Source of the DNA: an uncultured bacterium
Lineage (GTDB): Bacteria; Auribacterota; JACPWU01
Length of the DNA stretch: 32,000 bases
Assembly: GCA_964640155.1 (NCBI GenBank)
Contig: CAZXEQ010000005.1
Location: forward strand, 150,001 to 182,000
Direction of reading: 5' to 3'
Each line of letters starts with the position of its first letter. Position 1 is the stretch's first letter. This document shows positions 26,087 to 32,000 of this stretch, one piece after another. A program made the translations under genes and the position numbers. Under the pieces are notes generated by a model. That model did no database searches. It was not told the DNA's origin and saw nothing but the letters and a program-made list of their open reading frames with translations.

Positions 26087-26114
26087 TTGACAAAGCACTT
26101 AAGTCTACTATAAT
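26087..26114 (+). promoter_or_regulatory. Consensus sigma-70 promoter for the HAD gene (TTGACA, 16-nt spacer, TATAAT)
   Basis: TTGACA 26087-26092, a 16-nt spacer, TATAAT 26109-26114. ATG 26124 follows only 9 nt after the -10 and there is no SD, which suggests a leaderless or near-leaderless mRNA. Confidence 0.55.
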
Positions 26115-26123
26115 TTCCCCACT

Positions 26124-26822
26124 ATGAAAAAGCCCAAAGCCCTTCTTTTTGATGTGGATGGCACACTGATCCGAACAGGCGGAGCAGGGATTCGATCCCT
26201 CTTAAGATCATTTAAACTTATCTATAATTTAGAAAATCCTCTCGAAGGAGTGACCATTGCAGGGAATACCGATCCTTGCATTTTTAGAGATATCATGGTT
26301 TATCAGACGAATAAAAGCCCATCCCTTGAAGAAGAAAAAAAATTTCTCAATCAATACCTTCAATTCCTTCAAGAAGAAATTTCTGTATCCGAAGGATATA
26401 AAGTTCTTCCTGGAATTGTCGAAATTCTCAAGCAGGCTTTTGACATGCCTCATCTTTTAATAGGACTCGGAACCGGGAATTTAGAAGAAGGAGCCAAAAT
26501 TAAACTGGAAAGAGGAGGTTTAAATTCTTATTTCAGTTTTGGAGGTTTCAGTTCAGATTCTCATCATCGACCTGAAATACTTAAAATGGCCGTTAAAAAA
26601 GCCGAAAAGAAATTTGGAGTACAACTTTCGCCAGAAGAAGTGATTGTGATTGGAGATACACCCCGAGATTTAAGTGCTGCTCGAGCCATTGGAGCAAAAG
26701 CAATATGTGTTGCTACAGGAGGCTACACTTTCGAAGACCTGAAAGCTTGTAATCCTGATCATCTGATGAAAGATTTCGAAAATGTGGACGAGTTTTTTGA
26801 GTTTGTGAATCAGTCCTCTTAA
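26124..26822 (+). CDS. HAD-superfamily hydrolase (phosphoglycolate phosphatase-like)
   Basis: Motif I LLFDVDGTLI, motif II-like IGLGTGN, motif III/IV VIVIGDTPRDLSAARAIGAKAICVATG. Confidence 0.8.
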   Translation: MKKPKALLFDVDGTLIRTGGAGIRSLLRSFKLIYNLENPLEGVTIAGNTDPCIFRDIMVYQTNKSPSLEEEKKFLNQYLQFLQEEISVSEGYKVLPGIVEILKQAFDMPHLLIGLGTGNLEEGAKIKLERGGLNSYFSFGGFSSDSHHRPEILKMAVKKAEKKFGVQLSPEEVIVIGDTPRDLSAARAIGAKAICVATGGYTFEDLKACNPDHLMKDFENVDEFFEFVNQSS

Positions 26823-28579
26823 TTCTTTTTTCTTTTCTTCAAGAATTTTTCCATCTCCTTTACAGAAAGTGTATTCACAATATCTTTAGGTTCAAGCCAG
26901 CCTTTGCGAGCAATCCCAATCCCAAATTTGACAACATCTAATCCTACAACGCTATGAGCATCAGGATTAATGCTTAATTTAGTTCCTTTTGATTTGGCGT
27001 AAGGGCAATGTCTCCAATCCAAATCAAAGCGATGGGGACTTGCATTTAGTTCCATCACCACACCTAATCGACTTGCTGCGTCAATGACTTCATGCATATT
27101 GAGAGCATAAGGCTCTCGCTCTAAAATCAAACGTCCTGTTGGATGCCCTAGAAAAGTTACATAAGGATTTTCCATCGCTTTGATAATACGCTGTGTCATT
27201 TCTTTTTCAGCCATTCCAAATCGGCTGTGAACCGAAGCAATGATAAAGTCAAATTTTGGCCAAACCTTTTCATCATAATCAATAGCTCCATCACCCAAAA
27301 TATCTGCTTCAATCCCTTTAAAAATTCGAATCTCTTTAAATTCTTTTGCAAGTTTTTCTAATTCTTCATGTTGTTTAAAAACTTCATCTTCTTTCAACCC
27401 CTTGGCATAAAAAGCGGATTTACTATGATCTGAAATCCCCACATATTCATAACCCAAATCAATACACCCTTGAATCATCTCTCGCAAAGTTGCATTCCCA
27501 TCGCTCCAATTGCTATGGACATGAAAAACTCCTCGAATATCTTTTTCAGAAATAAGTGTCGGAATTTTTCCCTTTTCAGCCGCTTCAATCTCCCCTTGAT
27601 TTTCACGAAGCTCCGGTGGAATTTCAGACAAACCGAGGGCCTTGAAAATAGCAGCTTCGTCCTTACATTTGACAAGCATATCATCTTCTTTAAAGAGGCC
27701 ATATTCATTGAGCTTCATGTTCATCTTTTTTGCCCGACTGCGCATCGCTGTATTGTGTTCTGCACTGCCTGTAAAATGATGCAGTGCGTAGGGAAACTGA
27801 GAATCTTCAACAACACGTAAATCCACATTAATGCCCGATTTTAAAAGAACACTGGTTTTGGTTTCCCCTTTTGCAATAATGCGTTCTACTTCAGGAAGAG
27901 AAGCAAAGGTATCCATCAGGGCAACTGCATCTTTAGATTTGGCGCTCACCAAAAGATCAATATCTTTAATCAATTCTTTATGCCGACGCAAACTTCCAGC
28001 AAGACTCGAGCGAATGATTTTGGGATGTTTTCCAAACGCTTGTAAAATGAGTTGAGCTTGTGCATCTACTTCATCATAACGATGACGCTCTTCATTTTTA
28101 CGAATAAACTCTATGCCCTGCAAAATTTTGGTTTGAGTCTTTTCTCCAAAACCTTCTAATTTTAAAAGAAGATTCTCACGGCAGGCTTTTTCTAATTGAT
28201 GAATACTTGTTATTTTTAAATTTTTGTAAAGGGCTTGAATTTTTTTGGGTCCTAATCCCGGGATACTCAACATTTCAAGCAATCCTTCGGGAACAGATTT
28301 TTTCAAATCCTCATAATAAGTAAGCCGACCTGTGGTCACAAGCTCAGTAATTTTTTCGGAGAGGGCTTCACCAATCCCTTTAATCTCTTGAAGAGATTTC
28401 TGTTTCACCAATGTGACAAGATCTTCTTCGAGGGCTTCAATGATACGTGCTCCATTTGAATAGGCACGTGACTTGAAAGGATTTTCGCCTTTAAGTTCCA
28501 GGAGAACAGCAATTTCTTCTAGAATATGTGCAACTTCGTGTTTATCCATAAATACAGGAAATAGGATTTTGTGAATCAT
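26819..28579 (-). CDS. polX: Family X DNA polymerase with a C-terminal PHP domain (PolX); the likely true start is ATG 28549
   Basis: The N-terminus MDKHEVAHILEEIAVLLELKGENPFKSRAY is typical of PolX. HhH motifs GIGEALSEKI and IPGLGPKKI are present, as are the Pol-beta-like palm LAGSLRRHKELIKDIDLLV and the PHP segment FHVHSNWSDG...GISDHS. Confidence 0.9.
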   Translation of the reverse strand: MIHKILFPVFMDKHEVAHILEEIAVLLELKGENPFKSRAYSNGARIIEALEEDLVTLVKQKSLQEIKGIGEALSEKITELVTTGRLTYYEDLKKSVPEGLLEMLSIPGLGPKKIQALYKNLKITSIHQLEKACRENLLLKLEGFGEKTQTKILQGIEFIRKNEERHRYDEVDAQAQLILQAFGKHPKIIRSSLAGSLRRHKELIKDIDLLVSAKSKDAVALMDTFASLPEVERIIAKGETKTSVLLKSGINVDLRVVEDSQFPYALHHFTGSAEHNTAMRSRAKKMNMKLNEYGLFKEDDMLVKCKDEAAIFKALGLSEIPPELRENQGEIEAAEKGKIPTLISEKDIRGVFHVHSNWSDGNATLREMIQGCIDLGYEYVGISDHSKSAFYAKGLKEDEVFKQHEELEKLAKEFKEIRIFKGIEADILGDGAIDYDEKVWPKFDFIIASVHSRFGMAEKEMTQRIIKAMENPYVTFLGHPTGRLILEREPYALNMHEVIDAASRLGVVMELNASPHRFDLDWRHCPYAKSKGTKLSINPDAHSVVGLDVVKFGIGIARKGWLEPKDIVNTLSVKEMEKFLKKRKKN

Positions 28580-28643
28580 CTTTCACGATTCTATTCTAAT
28601 ACATTATGAGTCTTTTATCACTATTCACTATGATAGTATGCAT

Positions 28644-28768
28644 AAAAGTGTGTACTTTATACATGCGGGTGACACTCGGCGGGGGGCCCCATCGAGCGGG
28701 ACTTTTGTTGAGCACGATGGGGCTGACGAGTGGCAGGCCCTGCTACATTTTTTAAAGTACACACTTTT
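28644..28768. repeat. About 125-nt GC-rich structured intergenic element, copy B
   Basis: Closing inverted repeat AAAAGTGTGTACTTTA...TAAAGTACACACTTTT. It has the same orientation and core as copy A, and base changes relative to copy A are paired across the closing stem. Confidence 0.7.
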
Positions 28769-28806
28769 AATTGCATGATCTTCACTATACCCTATCCCCT
28801 TTTTAT

Positions 28807-28835
28807 TTGACCTTTTCAGACACCTTTTGTACACT
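28807..28835 (+). promoter_or_regulatory. Candidate sigma-70 promoter for the ferredoxin gene (TTGACC, 17-nt spacer, TACACT)
   Basis: TTGACC 28807-28812, a 17-nt spacer, TACACT 28830-28835, about 65 nt upstream of ATG 28899, which has a strong SD (GGAGGAAACA ATG). Confidence 0.35.
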
Positions 28836-28898
28836 ATCTAAAATTTTAGTTTTTAACTGTTAGAAACCAATAGATCAATTATATATACGGAGGAAACA

Positions 28899-29213
28899 AT
28901 GTCTTACGTCATTACAGAAAAATGTTTGGGTGAACGCTACGCATCTTGCGCTTCTGTTTGTCCTGTAGAATGTATTCATCCTGGAGATTATCAGGGTAAA
29001 GAATTCATGATCATTGATCCAGAAGTTTGCATCAGCTGCGGACTTTGCTTACCTGAATGTCCTATTAATGCAATTGTGGATTCCGAGGATCAAGATCCTG
29101 TTTGGGCAAAAATCAATTTAGAACTTACACCTTCTTACAAAGGTAATCCTCCTGCGGCTGAGAGACCCAGAAACGATCCTCCTCGCAGAGCGGATAATAA
29201 ATTGGTTCAGTAA
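28899..29213 (+). CDS. fdxA: Ferredoxin, 7Fe (3Fe-4S plus 4Fe-4S) FdxA-like
   Basis: YVITEKCLGERYASCASVCPVECIH...CISCGLCLPECPINAI matches the FdxA-type cysteine pattern. Confidence 0.85.
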   Translation: MSYVITEKCLGERYASCASVCPVECIHPGDYQGKEFMIIDPEVCISCGLCLPECPINAIVDSEDQDPVWAKINLELTPSYKGNPPAAERPRNDPPRRADNKLVQ

Positions 29214-29235
29214 AAGTAAAAAAGTTCTTCCGCTT

Positions 29236-29271
29236 TAAAAAGCTCCGTGGTTAAAACACGGAGCTTTTTTA
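29236..29271. terminator. Bidirectional rho-independent terminator between the ferredoxin gene (+) and the MFS gene (-)
   Basis: AAAA-AGCTCCGTG (29241-29249), loop GTTAAAA, CACGGAGCT (29257-29265), TTTTTT. The hairpin is flanked by an A-run and a T-run. Confidence 0.75.
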
Positions 29272-29274
29272 TTC

Positions 29275-30519
29275 CTAGTCCCGTAGAGAGGCTTCTTCTG
29301 ATAAAATAATTTCTTTTTTAGAATGTGTAGGGACGGGATCTTTTACAAAAATAGTAAAGAACAAAACGCCTATCACCATGATTCCTGCAATCACGCTAAA
29401 AGCTGGTAAATACCCTAATGACCCAATCAAAATTCCTGCAAGAATAGGCCCTGCTGCTTCCCCCATATCCCAAATCGTTCCAAAAACCCCCATCGCTGAT
29501 CCATACCGACGATTATGACAAAGATCCGCAACCAAAGCTGTTGTGGATGGAGTTACAATGGCCATTCCAAAACCAAAAAATAAACACAGCAAAAGCAAAG
29601 GCCAAAAAGAATGAACCATCGCAATCAAGGTCAATGTTGAAGCACAAAGCAAAAGGCCAAATATAATCATGGGTTTTCGACCCAAACGATCTGAGAGTTT
29701 TCCCGTTAAAGGTTTCCCAGCCATCCCTGCAACAAATTGAATTCCCAGTAAAACTCCAGCCTGGGCTTCATTCATTCCATGGGCCCTCGAATATAAAGGA
29801 AGGAATGCAATCAAAACAGCAATTCCGAGAAAGAGACATGCTTCCATCATTCCAGCAATCAAAATAGACCGATGCCAAACAATTTCTTTGACCCCTTTTA
29901 CAAAAAGAGTGTGTGCTTGTTTCCAAGAAGGATTCTCTTTGTGTCCATTAGCCAACGTCTCCCACTGAGATCCTAATTTCCATAGAACCAGTAAAGGCAA
30001 CAATCCCCAAAAAGCTACAGATAAATAAGTGATTGAGAAACTCGAACTCCAGAAAAGAATAAGACCTCCAAGAAGAGGCCCCGCCGTACTCCCCAACTCA
30101 TTGACTGCCGCAAACCATCCAATTTTTTCTCCTCTACTCTTTTCAAAGAGTTCCACCACAAAAGCACTTGCCACAGGGCTAAAAATGGCTGTGGCAAAAC
30201 CATGTAAAAAACGTAAAAACAAAAGTTGACTTGGTGTATGGACTGATAAATATAGAAAAGGGGTCAGTGCAAAAAAGAAGGACGAGACAATAATCATCTT
30301 ACGACGTCCAAAAATATCAGACAAAACTCCGGCAGGAACTTTAATGAAAATACCTGTAATTGTAGAAGCTGCCACAATCCAACCAATCCATTCAGGACTG
30401 GAACCTAAATCTTGGGCAAAATGGGGCAACACAGGGGTACGTCCCATCTGATAGCTCAGACGGGCTAAAAAAGCTACCAAGCAAAGTTTGAAGAATGCTT
30501 TTGAGTTTTCTGAGTTCAA
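29275..30519 (-). CDS. MFS transporter
   Basis: About 12 hydrophobic segments. MFS motif A-like stretches GVLSDIFGRRKMII and GKLSDRLGRKPMII occur after TM2 and TM8. Confidence 0.85.
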   Translation of the reverse strand: MNSENSKAFFKLCLVAFLARLSYQMGRTPVLPHFAQDLGSSPEWIGWIVAASTITGIFIKVPAGVLSDIFGRRKMIIVSSFFFALTPFLYLSVHTPSQLLFLRFLHGFATAIFSPVASAFVVELFEKSRGEKIGWFAAVNELGSTAGPLLGGLILFWSSSFSITYLSVAFWGLLPLLVLWKLGSQWETLANGHKENPSWKQAHTLFVKGVKEIVWHRSILIAGMMEACLFLGIAVLIAFLPLYSRAHGMNEAQAGVLLGIQFVAGMAGKPLTGKLSDRLGRKPMIIFGLLLCASTLTLIAMVHSFWPLLLLCLFFGFGMAIVTPSTTALVADLCHNRRYGSAMGVFGTIWDMGEAAGPILAGILIGSLGYLPAFSVIAGIMVIGVLFFTIFVKDPVPTHSKKEIILSEEASLRD

Positions 30520-30630
30520 GTCTTCTTCTTTATCTTGAATTCACTGCACTCCTAGATTTTAACATATATTTCTCCTCGCAAAGTACTTGACGTAGTCATC
30601 GAGTTATGAGACCATTTTGAGAATATAGTA

Positions 30631-30796
30631 CTCTTATCCAGAGTGGCTGAGGGAAAGGCCCGATGATGCCACGGCAACCGCTCCGATAATAATCGGGGGC
30701 CAGGTGCTAACTCCTCTATTCAAAGGAATTAAGCTTTGAATGGAAAGATAAGAAAAGGTCCATTTCAACCTCTTCTTATCGAAGAGGTTTTTTTTT
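30631..30796 (+). promoter_or_regulatory. SAM-I (S-box) riboswitch with terminator expression platform
   Basis: CTCTTATCCAGAGTGGCTGAGGGAAAGGCCCGATGATGCCACGGCAACC...CAGGTGCTAACTCC...GGAAAGATAAGAA matches the conserved S-box core (CTTATCnAGAG, GAGGGA, GGCCCGATGA, GCAACC, GGTGCTAA, AGATAAGA). The terminator is AACCTCTTC-TTATC-GAAGAGGTT plus a T-run (30767-30796). The P1 3' strand GATAAGAA (30747-30754) can instead pair with TTCTTATC (30773-30780) as an antiterminator. Confidence 0.9.
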
Positions 30797-30839
30797 GGAT
30801 GGATGGAGTAAAGTTTTAAGATCGTAAAGGGGAAAAACC

Positions 30840-32000
30840 GTGAAAGTAACCACTGAAAAGAAATCTTATGTTTTAGGCCTGCGTTGTCGAGAATGTAATA
30901 AAGAATATACTCAGCAACCACTTCATGTGTGTGAAGATTGCTTTGGTCCTTTAGAAGCAGTTTATGATTATCCAGCCATTAAAAAAGTTCTTTCAAGAGA
31001 AAAAATTCTTTCTCGACGTCCTACGATGTGGCGTTATCGCGAATTGCTTCCTATTGATGGAGATCCAACAGTCGGACTCGAAGTTGGTTTCACCCCCTTC
31101 TTTCGCTCAAAACGCTTAGCCGAAGCACTTGGACTTCAAGAACTTTATATTAAAAATGATGCAGTTAATCACCCTACTCTTTCTTTTAAAGATCGTGTTG
31201 TAGCTGTAGCACTTTCTAAAGCAAAAGAATTTGGATTTAAAACCGTGGCTTGTGCTTCCACAGGAAATTTAGCCAATTCCGTCGCCGCCAATGCATCTCA
31301 GGCAGGGCTTGAAAGCTATATTTTTATTCCTGCTGATTTAGAGCAAGGCAAAGTTCTAGGAACCTTAGTGTTTGGAACAAATCTCATTGGCATTCATGGA
31401 ACATATGATGAAGTCAATCGCCTTTGCAGTGAGATTGCAGATAAATATGGTTGGGCCTTTGTAAATATTAATATCCGTCCCTTTTATGGAGAAGGCTCTA
31501 AGACCTATACCTTCGAAATTATGGAACAAATGGGCTGGCGAGTTCCACAAAATATCGTGGTGCCTATGGCAGGAGGCTCTTTGATCACAAAAGTTCGAAA
31601 AGCGATGAAAGAGTTTTACGATTTGGGTTTGGTCGAAGATCATTCAACCAAAATTCATGGAGCTCAAGCCGAAGGATGCGGTCCTATAGTTCATGCGGTT
31701 CTTGCGGGTCATGAATTTTTTAAGCCTGAAAAGCCCAATACTATTGCAAAATCTTTGGCCATTGGAAATCCCGCTGATGGTTTTTATGCCATTAAGACAA
31801 TTCGAGAAACGGGAGGTTGGGCCAATGGAGCAACTGACGAAGAAATCGTAGACGCGATAAAACTCTTAGCCTCTACCGAAGGGATCTTTACAGAAACCGC
31901 CGGAGGTGTTACGCTTGCTGTCTTAAAAAAATTGATTGCATCAGGGCATATCCCTAAAGATGAATCTGTTGTTTTATGTATCACGGGGAATGGTCTCAAA
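30840..32000 (+). CDS. thrC: Threonine-synthase-family PLP enzyme with an N-terminal zinc ribbon (GTG start; 387 codons in the window, 3' end beyond the right edge; absent from the ORF track)
   Basis: GTG 30840 follows an in-frame TAA and the SD-like AAGGGG. The translation VKVTTEKKSYVLGLRCRECNKEY...HVCEDCFGPL has CxxC...CxxC. It also contains NHPTLSFKDR (the PLP lysine), ACASTGNLANS and VVPMAGGSLIT. The frame is open to position 32000. Confidence 0.85.
   Translation, partial: MKVTTEKKSYVLGLRCRECNKEYTQQPLHVCEDCFGPLEAVYDYPAIKKVLSREKILSRRPTMWRYRELLPIDGDPTVGLEVGFTPFFRSKRLAEALGLQELYIKNDAVNHPTLSFKDRVVAVALSKAKEFGFKTVACASTGNLANSVAANASQAGLESYIFIPADLEQGKVLGTLVFGTNLIGIHGTYDEVNRLCSEIADKYGWAFVNINIRPFYGEGSKTYTFEIMEQMGWRVPQNIVVPMAGGSLITKVRKAMKEFYDLGLVEDHSTKIHGAQAEGCGPIVHAVLAGHEFFKPEKPNTIAKSLAIGNPADGFYAIKTIRETGGWANGATDEEIVDAIKLLASTEGIFTETAGGVTLAVLKKLIASGHIPKDESVVLCITGNGLK

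Noticed and set aside
26819-26822. A 4-nt overlap of the convergent HAD and PolX stop codons (TTAA)
   Set aside because: It is real but trivial. Compact genomes often show this, and no terminator or regulatory meaning can be inferred from the sequence alone.
25926-28768. The two element copies as ends of a composite transposon or integrated cassette
   Set aside because: The copies are direct rather than inverted, and diverged. No transposase or integrase lies between them and no target-site duplication is obvious. This is kept only as a low-probability alternative in the findings.
28628-28834. 68-aa minus-strand ORF across repeat element copy B
   Set aside because: Same reasoning as for copy A. 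Its similarity to the copy A ORF extension is explained by the shared DNA element, and there is no RBS.
30634-30921. 95-aa minus-strand ORF from the track
   Set aside because: It runs antisense through the SAM-I riboswitch, its terminator and the thrC-family start. The riboswitch assignment explains the conservation-like GC content.
31365-31999. Minus-strand ORFs 31365-31643 and 31784-31999
   Set aside because: They are antisense to the threonine-synthase-family gene, whose plus-strand translation carries clear PLP-enzyme motifs.

Overview
AT-rich bacterial chromosomal window. The right half (15.9-32 kb) is ordinary housekeeping: a tilS-mtnP operon, a small zinc-ribbon gene, two CAU-anticodon tRNAs, a GT2 glycosyltransferase, amtB-glnK behind a near-consensus sigma-54 promoter, a soluble GAF-GAF histidine kinase, an ACT-protein/def operon, pterin carbinolamine dehydratase, a HAD hydrolase, PolX, a ferredoxin, an MFS transporter, and a SAM-I riboswitch ahead of a threonine-synthase-family gene that runs off the right edge. 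The left half (1-15825) is the unusual part. It holds two adjacent minus-strand giant genes. Giant A (6331-15825, 3164 aa) is in the ORF track. Giant B (1-6186, at least 2062 codons) is missing from the track because it has no stop inside the window. Both start with signal-peptide-like segments and share two paralogous modules: an N-proximal module of about 105 aa and an HExxH zincin-like module of about 230 aa. Otherwise they carry different enzyme-like domains. A has a TraB/Tiki-like region, helical repeats, six tandem 112-aa repeats and an Upf1-like SF1 helicase. B has a kinase-like domain, a CheR-type methyltransferase and a histidine phosphatase in which both catalytic arginines are replaced. 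Large parts of both proteins match nothing I recognise. This pair is my best candidate for an undescribed system. A second item worth attention is a ~124-nt GC-rich structured element in two copies (25926-26049 and 28644-28768) with compensatory changes in its closing stem. No CRISPR array, transposase, integrase or rRNA was seen. All calls come from hand reading of the sequence; no searches were run.
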